DNA of 64,000 nucleotides from Convolutriloba macropyga (Eukaryota), in contig NC_134468.1 in assembly GCF_964194025.1 (NCBI RefSeq), positions 68,448,001-68,512,000 on the forward strand, in the 5' to 3' direction. Made by a program: the position numbers and the translations under genes. Under the pieces are notes generated by a model. The model worked only from the letters and a program-made list of their open reading frames with translations. It did not search any database and had not been told where the DNA came from. Shown in pieces: positions 25,664-35,578 of the stretch. Within the stretch, counting starts at the first letter, position 1, and each line of letters begins with the position of its first letter.

Positions 25664-28502
25664 AAGAGTGAATTGACCACTCTAACAAACATTTTATCGA
25701 ATGAGCAGCTTGTTAAAGATGTGGAAGTTATAGATAACCGATTTTCGCTTTGGCTTAGTTTTTAACGTAGCAAGCAAAAATATCTAAGTGTTTAAGACGC
25801 TACAGTTTTTTTTACAAAACACGCGTGTTTAAACATAACTTATAACATCAAACACAGAAAAAACAAAACAACGTGCCGTCAAAGTAGCAAGCGACTGCGA
25901 AGNNNNNNNNNNNNNNNNNNNNNNNNNNNNNNNNNNNNNNNNNNNNNNNNNNNNNNNNNNNNNNNNNNNNNNNNNNNNNNNNNNNNNNNNNNNNNNNNNN
26001 NNNNNNNNNNNNNNNNNNNNNNNNNNNNNNNNNNNNNNNNNNNNNNNNNNNNNNNNNNNNNNNNNNNNNNNGAGAGAGAGAAATAGAAAACTTAATCTGA
26101 ATATATAAGAGATCACTGCAATTGTGCGAAATATCGAGTCAGTAAACTGATGAACTAATTGATCATGAACCAACGATAACTCTAGACAAGACAGGATTTT
26201 AAGTGTACAATTGGTATCACCATAAACGCACCAAATTTGGAAAGAGAAGCATGTGGAAAACTTTTTTTTGCCTTTGTCCAAAATCAAGCGTCCGCGCATT
26301 CATGTTTTGCGTTGAGCATTTAGCATTGAAACAGCGTTAATGAAAAGGATCCAATGCTTTTGTCGCTTTTCACATAGTCTTCAATTTATTGAGCTAAAAA
26401 TTTTCCAATCTTTCAAAAAGCTAACAATTTGTTCAGAAGAAATTAAGATATCCCAAGTAAACAACCCATATTAGTCGAACATGTCAGTCGAACATATCAG
26501 AACGCACGATAAAACTCGGCAAAACAGCAAGAAGCAGACAGTAAAAGTAGCGGACGAGTTCATGCAAAAACGGATGAAAGGAGAGAAGTAGAGAGAGCGG
26601 GAAGAGAGGGTTTTGACAAAGTATTTAAGCATCTGGTACTATTTGAAAAATATTGTAGAGACGATTCAAGATAACAAATTGAGTGAGGTCACGTAGCCCG
26701 TCAATGATCATTTAAGCTACTTCTCATACACAATCCATAGATATGTAAAACATTTTTCTTGGAATCAAAATAAAGAAAGAAAACAAAATTTTAGCGGTTC
26801 CACTAAACTACGAAATTAAATTTTTTAATTGTAAAATTGTACAACAAACTTCCCATTTAGTTGCGACATCACAAAATAGGGAAGTTCTGACTTTTACCCA
26901 CAAAGGTTTTGCCTATTTCCCAAGGTCAGTGTGTAAAAGAGCCTGTTTTTCCCCCAAGTTTGATTTTCTATTCCGATTCTTTTTTTCCAATTTCTCTATA
27001 ATAATCGTGAAATTAAAATATTTTGAATGATAAGAAACTTGTTTGCATGGTTTGTAGAAGTGAAAAGTTAGATCTTAATGTTTCTTTTATTTTCTTGAAA
27101 TAACGAAGTTTGCGTAGTTTAGCTATGCTTCTAAGCTCATTCGCAAATGAAATAATATATTCAAGCGTTTTGAATTCAAAATCCAATACAGCTAAAACTA
27201 CGGATTAAATTGCTTAGTGAGCCTCAATGAATTTGCTCGGGGGTCCCTGAGTTTTCAGGAAACAACTCTTCTCTGAATTGTGACTAATCCTTAGAATGTA
27301 AAATAAAAATAGTTACTACTGCCGAATTCCATCAAAATTGATATAATCTGTGAACGAAACCTGAGGTCAAAGTTTCATTTATTCGGTTAAGAATTTTCCT
27401 AATTGCAACCAAACTTCATGTGTTACCGAAACTAAGTTTAATCAATTAGAAATTTTGGTTGACACTGATTTTTAAAATGAGAAATTGAACGCATTTTAAT
27501 CAGAAGCAGCTCTCATAACTGGTTTAATTTCTAATATCTACTTTTCTCACGCCCAACAATTTTCTTTTTTTTTAACCAATTTCTGAGGCCAGTATCCAAT
27601 GACATCTTTCAAGGGGGATTAGTAAAAGGGAATTAATGAAATGCAACTCTTAAACTTGCCAACTTTTGTATATCCTTCGTCGCAGCCCNNNNNNNNNNNN
27701 NNNNNNNNNNNNNNNNNNNNNNNNNNNNNNNNNNNNNNNNNNNNNNNNNNNNNNNNNNNNNNNNNNNNNNNNNNNNNNNNNNNNNNNNNNNNNNNNNNNN
27801 NNNNNNNNNNNNNNNNNNNTTTTCCTGTTCTTGTCCGGTGCCCAAAATGGGAGCTAATAATGGATGTATCCTGGAAAAGGAAAAAGGAAACACAAAAAGA
27901 GTGAAAATAGGAAAGGTTGATTAATTTCGGTTTGGATTTCTGAGGAATATGGGCTATCTTTTTAAACTAGACAAGTCATGTTAAGCGTTGAAATTTTCCA
28001 TATGCATTTAAACTCTATTCTCCATTTAAAGCTGATGATAAATCAACAGTACGTCAAAGAAACATGGTATAGGGGGAACTGCTCACTATTATTAGGGGCA
28101 ACCAAAATTTTGACCCCAACAATGATAACTTTACAAGCCATCTCCATATGAAGTATAATAGCATATATGCTGCATACATCTTCGGTTTCTGTAAAAATTT
28201 TAGTAATGCCAACATACCCAATATTTATCCCAAAAATATATCAGTCCCACAGCTCTTAACTTGAATTCAAACTTATGAGCAGATGCTCCCATTTTTTCTT
28301 CAAGCAACAAAAATGGCAGCGAAAACTACTCCACCAAATTTCAAGATGAATTTAAGATGGCATAGAAAGTTTTGGCAACTTAGGCAGCTAAAACTCATTG
28401 GCCATTGACAACACTTTGGATATGATTGTGAACATTGAGAAAAAGTTGCTTTCTACCTGCCTTTTTAATTGCTCTCAAATGAAGTAGGTCTTTTTAATGT
28501 AA

Positions 28503-28655
28503 TTTTTCGTCTGACCCATTTGAGTTTTCGTCCTCAAAAACGAGATAAACAGGTAGCACCCAGTGGGCATTAAAGACTCTTAGAGCTTTTCAGCTCACTA
28601 GTTGCCAAGTATGCGAAACTGTTTTGGAGACTTATACTTATGGTTTCAAGGGCGA
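28503..28655 (+). repeat. Dispersed host repeat (copy 2), ~190 bp left of the GC-rich island
   Basis: Near-identical to 13644-13805. Confidence 0.88.
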
Positions 28656-29802
28656 TTCTTAGAGGTTAAGCCCCAAACCCAACATAACCACCCCCCCCGC
28701 CCACATAAGCCCCCCCATACCTCACTTCACCCCCGCTCACAATCCCCAATAGTATTATGATGCACGTGAAATTTTTTTCTAATCGGTTCTTTTACAACTA
28801 GTATCTGTTGAGCCTTGACTTAAAACTATTGTCATAATTTACATCTGTGGGCCCGCATACTATGCTACACACCGATAAACTCTGCCTTGTGACGACTTGT
28901 GAGCCAATCGCCGCATGCACCTGGCAGGCGGCCACAGCCCACCTACCGAGCCGGGGCCAGCAGTGGAGGCCATGACTGGGTCACAGATGGGCACACACCC
29001 GCACCATTCTTAGCGCTATGTTCAAGTGCTATCTATATACTATACGATACCCGCCATCTATGCACGATCAGAGTGATTCGGTACCCGACACTGTAGGTAT
29101 GGACGAACAATACCCGCGAGCGTCGTCCAGCCAGCGGACCCTACCACAGAGGAACGGAGGGAGGGCGTCGTGGGTCAGCATTGAGGCGCCCCACCCCAGT
29201 CCAGGTAGCGCTGCACGCTCCCCCACTGATGACCACATGTGACCGTCCGCGTAGCCCTCCGCCATGAAGTGTACCCTGCCAGGCTCCCGCCAAGGCCTTG
29301 AATCCCCGCTTGTTCCACCACGGAACCTGGCAACTAGGCTGAGGTGCATCAGGGGCTTGTCGACAAACATACATGGTGGGTGGGTGCTGGGGTGATTGGG
29401 TAGGCATTGCGGAGGGTCGATCCATGACGGCCGGAGCGCAAGTGCTGTTGGTCATGACCGTGAACCTGCAGGACCATAACGGGCAAGTGATTGGGGTTGG
29501 GATTCAGCCGCTGCATGCAACGGTGACTGGGTGATCCTGATCTCCCTCAGCCTCACCGCCGGCCCTTCCGCCTCGGCCATCAACGCAGTCTCCCGTCTCT
29601 CCCTCGCCACCCGTCTCTCCCTCCCTCCCTTTCTCGTCCCTTTTGTCTCAGGCTGCCCTGCCTCCTGCCTTCCATCCCTCCTCCCCACCGATTCTGCTCC
29701 CCTCCCCTCGCCGCACCTCGGCCCCTCCCACTCGAAGCGCAACGCCCCCTCCGCTGAGGAGCAAAGTGCAGCCGTGGCGTCTCACCTGATGAGGAGGAGG
29801 CA

Positions 29803-29964
29803 TCACTTAGCCTCGTACCACGTCGGCGCAACCTTAGAGTCCACCAGCAACTGGACCCGGAGCGGGTTTTCGCCATCGAACGGTTTCTCCATGCACTCCA
29901 CAACCAGCGCCTGGGCCTCGTCCTTGTGCTCCTCCGGCCCTTCGAGCATCACCTCGTCGTGGAC
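29803..29964 (-). CDS. POP: POP terminal exon (motif C)
   Basis: Acceptor gtcAG|GTC. Translates VHDEVMLEGPEEHKDEAQALVVECMEKPFDGENPLRVQLLVDSKVAPTWYEAK*. The C-terminus W-Y-x-A-K-stop is as in plant POPs. Confidence 0.95.
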   Translation of the reverse strand, partial: VHDEVMLEGPEEHKDEAQALVVECMEKPFDGENPLRVQLLVDSKVAPTWYEAK

Positions 29965-30234
29965 CTGACCAAATCAAGGCATGGCACATGAGGTGCTGGG
30001 CGAAAGGGGATCCGGGAGGGCCGGCCTGCTGCCATTGCAGTACGTGCACCCCCACACAGCGTCGTTTTGCAGTGCTGATGAGGATCAGGGGGAGGGTGCT
30101 ATGGGTGGGACCAGGGACTGCAAAGACAGCAGGAGCACGCAGGTGAATGGACTGAGCTGGGAAGGAACGGTGGATGAGGGTGGACCGGCAGACTGGAAAG
30201 CCGACAGGAGGGTTCAAGATGTGACTGCATTTAC

Positions 30235-30480
30235 CTGTAACAGGAGAGTGTACCCGAGCTCCTTGAGCCTCTGGCACCTGTCGATGGATATCATCGCGGC
30301 TGTGGCAACATCGGCCGCCGAACCCTGGATAGGCGTGTTGATGGCCGCCCGCTCTGCCCTCCCCTTCAGCCCCTGGTTCTTAGCGTTGATGCCAGGCAGC
30401 TTGCGGCGCCGCCCCAGCAGCGTGGTGACGTACCCGTGTTGCCTAGCAAACTCCCTCTGCTTCTCCTGCCACCTTTCCAC
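30235..30480 (-). CDS. POP: POP exon (fingers/palm)
   Basis: Splice context tacAG|GTG...CAG|GTaaat. 82 codons including GYVTTLLGRRR and ERAAINTPIQGSAADV. Confidence 0.95.
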
Positions 30481-30970
30481 CTGTATTCGGGAGGGCATCC
30501 GTGATGCATGGGCGGTCCAGGCCGTCGTATGGTCAAGTTGCAGTCTGGAGGCGAGGCTCAGGCCCAGCTGCAACCATCAACGCTTTCACCTCTCTCTGTC
30601 GCAGCGCTCCCTGTCACTCGCTTCCCCTTTCCGATGCCCAACCATCTCCCTCTTGGCATTCCCTCAACCGCCGTGTCTGATCGCTCCCTCTCCATCCCTT
30701 CAGCTCCCGTCGCCCCGCTCATCCTGCCGTCCGTCCGCTTCTCGCCGGTTCTCTCTCTATCTTAGCTCTACATATCTTACCACTGTTCGCCAATCTCAAT
30801 GTTAGACTCTACTTGGTTCCCTCTCCTGTGGCACCGACCCCGCAACTTCCGTCCTCCCTGGGGGTTTAGCCTTGTGTCTTGCCCGCCCTCCTTTCCCCGT
30901 GGGGGAATTCCTTCCTGTGTCCCTTCTCTGCCCGCCCCGGAGCTCAAAGTGTTTTGGCCACGTGTCGCAC

Positions 30971-31087
30971 CTCCGCTCGGTCTGCATACCACCGCCTGAC
31001 AGTCGCCTCCGCCTCTGTGACGTTGGTCCCAAAGTCCTTCGCCAGCCCGTGAGCGGTCTTCCCGTAGGCAATGCTGAAGTTGAGCAC
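30971..31087 (-). CDS. POP: POP exon (motif B)
   Basis: Splice context cacAG|GTG...GAG|GTgcga. 39 codons, VLNFSIAYGKTAHGLAKDFGTNVTEAEATVRRWYADRAE. Confidence 0.94.
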
Positions 31088-31520
31088 CTGTGAGGCAGGG
31101 CCGGGAGGTGCGCAGGGTAAGCCGGTAGAAACACTTGGGTGACGGTGGCAGTGGGCGGGGGCCCAGACTGGGGGACGGGAGAGAAGGCAGCAACAGAGCG
31201 GCGATTCACCATGCCGAGGTGTTCAGACGCGAGCGCTCCACAGATTCAATTTCAATCCGCTTCCTTCAAAACGGACAGGCCATCGCTGTTGCTCTCTAGG
31301 TTAACTCCACGTCTCCTCAACACTCCCCGTGTCGCAGTCTCATTCCCATGCCCATCCACCACATCTTCGCCATCCTTTTTTTTGTGTGTTCCCCGTTCCC
31401 CTGCCCCATTCCCTCTTCCCCTCTGTCCTCTGGGCCCCTTAATTTTTGCGCCCCTCCCCTCCCGTCCTGTCTCCCTTGCTCTTCCACTCTTTGCCCAACC
31501 GGAGGTGATTCGAAACGCAC

Positions 31521-31583
31521 CTTGGCCTTCCGTCTCTCGCTGCCGTACTTGTCTTTGATGAGGGGCACCGGCGGCGGCTCTCC
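31521..31583 (-). CDS. POP: Plant/algal organellar DNA polymerase (POP, family A), first visible exon
   Basis: Splice context tgttcAG|GGA...AAG|GTgcgt. 21 codons, GEPPPVPLIKDKYGSERRKAK, matching the POP-type 'PPVPLLKD.F.SERRKAK' segment before motif B. Confidence 0.92.
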
Positions 31584-31756
31584 CTGAACACAGCATATGT
31601 ACAGGGTCAGAGTTCTCTACAGGACATAAAGACGCCTGGCCATTGGGATGGGCCCAGGCAAGGGGGGGAGGTTACTCCAGCCGGCCTGCAACCGCACGGG
31701 ACGCACACAGAGGGTGACGATGGCGTTGATATGGGAAGGCAGGGATGAATTGCAGG

Positions 31757-31956
31757 NNNNNNNNNNNNNNNNNNNNNNNNNNNNNNNNNNNNNNNNNNNN
31801 NNNNNNNNNNNNNNNNNNNNNNNNNNNNNNNNNNNNNNNNNNNNNNNNNNNNNNNNNNNNNNNNNNNNNNNNNNNNNNNNNNNNNNNNNNNNNNNNNNNN
31901 NNNNNNNNNNNNNNNNNNNNNNNNNNNNNNNNNNNNNNNNNNNNNNNNNNNNNNNN
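31757..31956. other. Assembly gap of exactly 200 N (other gaps: 25903-26071, 169 N; 27689-27819, 131 N)
   Basis: N runs. A round size of 200 suggests a scaffolding join. Confidence 0.97.
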
Positions 31957-32513
31957 ATTTTAAAAACATTTGCAAAACTATGCTTGATCGCCATCAACTG
32001 CAGCAGTACGTTTACTGGAGCTCACCTAAAGACCTCAAAGGTCTTGAGTTTGGACCAGGAAAATTTGTGTCGACTCGTGTTGCTTTTCATGAGAAATCTC
32101 TAACAGTTTTCAAAATGCGATTGGGCTTCGATTTAGAATGGATCTACGAATGTAAGAGAGCCCTGAGATGCGGCGTATGGTTCAGGTGTCAAGATGCAGT
32201 CTTTGCAAGCTACAATTGCGAAACTGATGAACCAAATTTCCTGAAAATCGAAAAGATTCTCAACATTTCCGACGAGCTTTATTTTTTTGGTTCGTACTTG
32301 AAAACGTCAAATTTCTATGAACAGTCTCGGAGTTTTCTTGTTTCTGAAACTTCCAACATTGATCTCCTGAACTTTAACTCCATTTTTGATTACCATTGCT
32401 ATTCAATCCATCGGTGTTTTGACCAGAACTGCCTCTTCGGGCACGTTGTGCTACGTAATAAAATTGCTTATAACAATTTCCCTAGTTGTGTCAAAAACAA
32501 TAAACTTTCCTAA
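31957..32513 (+). CDS. C-terminal part of an EnSpm/CACTA (CMC)-type transposase, truncated by the gap
   Basis: The frame is open from the gap edge and reads FKNICKTMLDRHQLQQ, resembling the 'NFKNI.KTLA.RHQ' motif of animal EnSpm transposases, followed by a typical F..I..I......YF.G......F tail. Confidence 0.72.
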
Positions 32514-32589
32514 CTGATTTCCCTTCATATTTATTGCTTGAACTGTTCATAACCTATTTTTTTAAATTTATTTTTTGTTCTCTTTTAAA

Positions 32590-33775
32590 TTTGCTATTAG
32601 CTCGTCGCCTCCATTTTTTGAAGTGTTCTAAATTGTTGGGCCATAAAATTGACCAACTTGAGTTCTTTTCGTGTCTTCTCTTCTATTTCTTGGTATTAGC
32701 TCGTGACCTCCGATTTTTTAAAACAAATTTTTTAAAGGTTTCGGTGGCAAACGTGTTCTAAATTGTTGGGCCATAAAATTGAACAACTTGAGTTCTTTTC
32801 GTGTCTTCTCTTCTATTTCTTGGTATTAGCTTGTGACCTCCGATTTTTTGAAACAAAGTTTTTAAAGGTTATGGTAGCAAAAGTTATCTCAATTGTTGGG
32901 CCATAAAATTGACCAACTTGCACTCTTTTCGTGTTTTCTCTTCTTTTTCTTGCTATTAGCCTTTGGCCTCCAATTTTTTGAACAAATTTTTGAATTAGTT
33001 ATGGTGGCAAACGTGTTCTTAATTATTGGGCCATAAAATTGACAAACTTGAACTCTTTTCATGTCTTCTCATCCATTTCTTGCTATTAGCTCGTGGCCTC
33101 CAATTTTTTGAAACAAATTTTTCAAAGGTTATGGTTGCAAAAATTGTTTTTAACTGTTGGGCCTTAAAATTGACCAACTTGAACTCTTTTTGTGTCTTCT
33201 CTTCTATTTCTTGCTATTAGCTCGTGGCCTCTAATTTTTGAAACAAATTTTTTAAAGGTTATGGTGGCAAAAAGTGTTTGTAACTGTTGGGCCATAATAT
33301 TGACCAACTTGAACTCTTTTTGTGTCTTCTCTTCTATTTCTTGCTATTAGCTCGTGGCCTCCAATTTTGTGAAACAATTTTGTTATAGCGATGGTGGCAA
33401 AAAGTGTTCTTAACTGTTGGGCCATAAAATTGACCAGCTTGAACTCTTTTTGTGTCTTCTCTTCTATTTCTTGCTATTAGCTCGTGGCCTCTAATTTTTG
33501 AAACAAATTTTTTAAAGGTTATGGTGGCAAAAAGTGTTTGTAACTGTTGGGCCATAATATTGACCAACTTGAACTCTTTTTGTGTCTTCTCTTCTATTTC
33601 TTGCTATTAGCTCGTGGCCTCCAATTTTGTGAAACAATTTTGTTATAGCGATGGTGGCAAAAAGTGTTCTTAACTGTTGGGCCATAAAATTGACCAGCTT
33701 GAACTCTTTTTGTGTCTTCTCTTCTATTTCTTGCTATTAGCTCGTGGCCTCCAATTTTTCGAAGAAAATTTTTAA
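32590..33775. repeat. 130-bp minisatellite, ~9 copies, with a 260-bp dimer structure at the right end
   Basis: gggcc(a/t)taa(a/t)att recurs every ~130 bp (32638, 32768, 32898, 33028 ... 33679). 33181-33440 is repeated at 33441-33700. Confidence 0.95.
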
Positions 33776-33911
33776 TGTTGTATTTTTAGAAGGTAGTTAG
33801 AGACGTACATGAATAAAACTTCTCCTAACAGCACAAATAACAAGTGCTTTTTGGGGCGACCGCCCCTTTTTTTGAATGAGTTTTGTAAAAAAGCAGTACA
33901 TGATTTGTCAT

Positions 33912-34424
33912 ATGAGATCACATAAAAAATCATGTGCCAACACACGATTTTTCAGTTAAAAAGTGACACACGAAAAAATTGCAATTTACATGATATTTCG
34001 TGTGAAATCACACGAATCTCTCGGGTTAGCCTTCACGAGTTGTCACGTGATTCATACGATTTTTCACGTAATTTCTCATGTAAAGTCACACGAGTTTTAG
34101 TGTGACCCCACATAATTTTTCGGGGTTTTTCACATGATTTTTCGGTAATTTTTTCGCAAAAAATCGTGTAAAATTTCATGTAAAAATACACGATTTTTCG
34201 TTTGAAAATCCCCCAAAAAATCGCGTGGGCTCACATGAAAAAACGTGTGATTCTACATGAGAAATTACGTGAAAACTTGTGTGAATCACATGAAAACTCG
34301 TGAAGGCCAACCCGAGAGATTCGTGTGATTTCACACGAAAAATCACGTAAATTCCAATTTTCTCGTGTGTCACTTTTTAACTGAAAAATCGTGTGTTGGC
34401 ACATGATTTTTTATGTGATCTCAC
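33912..34424. repeat. ~510-bp imperfect palindrome (arms ~220 bp)
   Basis: tgagatcacataaaaaatcatgtgccaacacacgatttttcagttaaaaagtgacacacg (33913) is the reverse complement of the sequence ending at 34423. Confidence 0.93.
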
Positions 34425-35403
34425 GCGAGAAAATTTTAGAGTGAACAAAATAAAATAATAACCATCAACAAATTTCTGAATGAATCACATTATAAAAATT
34501 TCTTCCGATTGTTTTCTTCCTAAATAAATAATTAAAAGCTGATAATAAAGGAGGATGAAAATATAATTTACCGTTCTTTAGTATTACGAAATACCTAACT
34601 TATAACGCAGAGCCTACAAAAACAAATATCTTGCTCCTTTCAACTAGATTCAATTTGGTCGTTTGAAGACTTTAAATTGCATGAAAATCACTTTAGTCTA
34701 CACAGCCAAGTTACACGTAAGTTTGAGTCTGAAAAATGTGAATTTTGGCAAATAAATTCTGTGATGTACTTAAATTTGTCAAATATAGCGTACCTTCATC
34801 AAAATTTCACAATAAAAAAAATTTAAAAAATGAAAATTTGAAATAAAAATTATGAAAAGCATGCAGAAAAAGAACGAGAAAGATTGAAAATTAATTCCTG
34901 TAGAAGAGAACTTATTAGTTCTGGGTAAAACTTGGGTCCTTTTCTTCAATTGCAAAATTGAGATGCAAGAATTGGCCTGCCGAAACATTTGTATTTGATG
35001 AGACAAATGCTATTTAAATTCGGAAATTTTGATTACTTGTCTGAACGGATTCGAAAAATTGCACGTGCATCATCATACTATTGGAAGTGATTATTTGACT
35101 AGAAGAGAGTTATAAAGAAGAACTCTCCGATGGCATACAAATTTCAATTAGATAGAATTGTAAAATTAGTTATTCATCTTCTCCCCCCTGGGTCTCAATT
35201 TTAGCAAATTGGTTCAACTTTGACGGTTGAATCTGTAATACAGCTTCTTGCAGTTAGATAGTCGTTTAAAAAATGTATAAGAACTCTCAAATTTGCAAAA
35301 ATCTGGCGAAGTCAATGAGTTTTATTTTGAAAAAACTATTTGATGAAAATTGATTTGAAACCTAACATCAAGCTTGATTATTGTCTATTGTGAAATTGAT
35401 ATA

Positions 35404-35578
35404 ATATATGGGATCTTTTCCGTTTGTGCCCCCCCAGTACGTTATGCTCCCCCCAGTGACAGAGCACGTGTCATTACACAGTAAATCATTATGTAAAAAT
35501 ATTGCACGTGCGTCTGGGGGTTGCAAATAATATGCACCCACTAAGCTGGGGGGCACAAACGGAATAGATCCAATATAT
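35404..35578. mobile_element. ~170-bp MITE with ~30-bp terminal inverted repeats
   Basis: ATATATgGGATCTtTTCCGTTTGTGCCCCCCCAG ... CTGGGGGGCACAAACGGAAtAGATCCaATATAT, with AT-repeat flanks. Confidence 0.8.

Larger units (their letters stand above)
28845..31756. other. GC-rich foreign (green-alga-like) DNA island
   Basis: Abrupt shift from roughly one-third GC to roughly 60% GC (estimated by eye). GC-rich introns and GC3-rich codons. Contains a plant-type organellar DNA polymerase. Ends at a 200-N gap. Confidence 0.92.
31957..34443 (+). mobile_element. 3' half of an EnSpm/CACTA-like DNA transposon
   Basis: Order of parts: transposase C-terminus, 130-bp tandem array, subterminal palindrome, then terminus ...AAATTTTAGAGTG at 34443 (reverse complement CACTCTAAAATTT, a CACT-type end). 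Confidence 0.68.

Noticed and set aside
25678-25690. CACTCTAA as the left terminus of the CACTA element, which would enclose the algal island
   Set aside because: Only 8 bp match the right end, no subterminal repeats follow, and gaps intervene.
25829-27904. ORFs spanning N runs
   Set aside because: Artefacts of translating through assembly gaps.
28839-28843. TGTAA (chlorophyte poly(A) signal) on the - strand at the island edge, hinting at retroposition
   Set aside because: A 5-mer in AT-rich sequence is expected by chance, there is no poly(A) tract, and the gene retains its introns.
30214-30573. Bacterial polA as the source of the polymerase
   Set aside because: Spliceosomal GT-AG introns and POP-type segments (PPVPLIKD..SERRKAK, NFSIAYGKT, WYEAK*) indicate a eukaryotic plant/algal gene.
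28899-31600. Many overlapping 60-274 aa ORFs in the GC-rich island (e.g. 29981-30805 +)
   Set aside because: By-products of high GC content and antisense or intronic frames of the POP gene. Only the four spliced - strand exons carry recognisable motifs.
32590-33775. 130-bp and 40-bp (43105-43211) arrays as CRISPR or coding repeats
   Set aside because: There are no unique spacers or cas genes, the context is eukaryotic, and the unit lengths are not multiples of 3.
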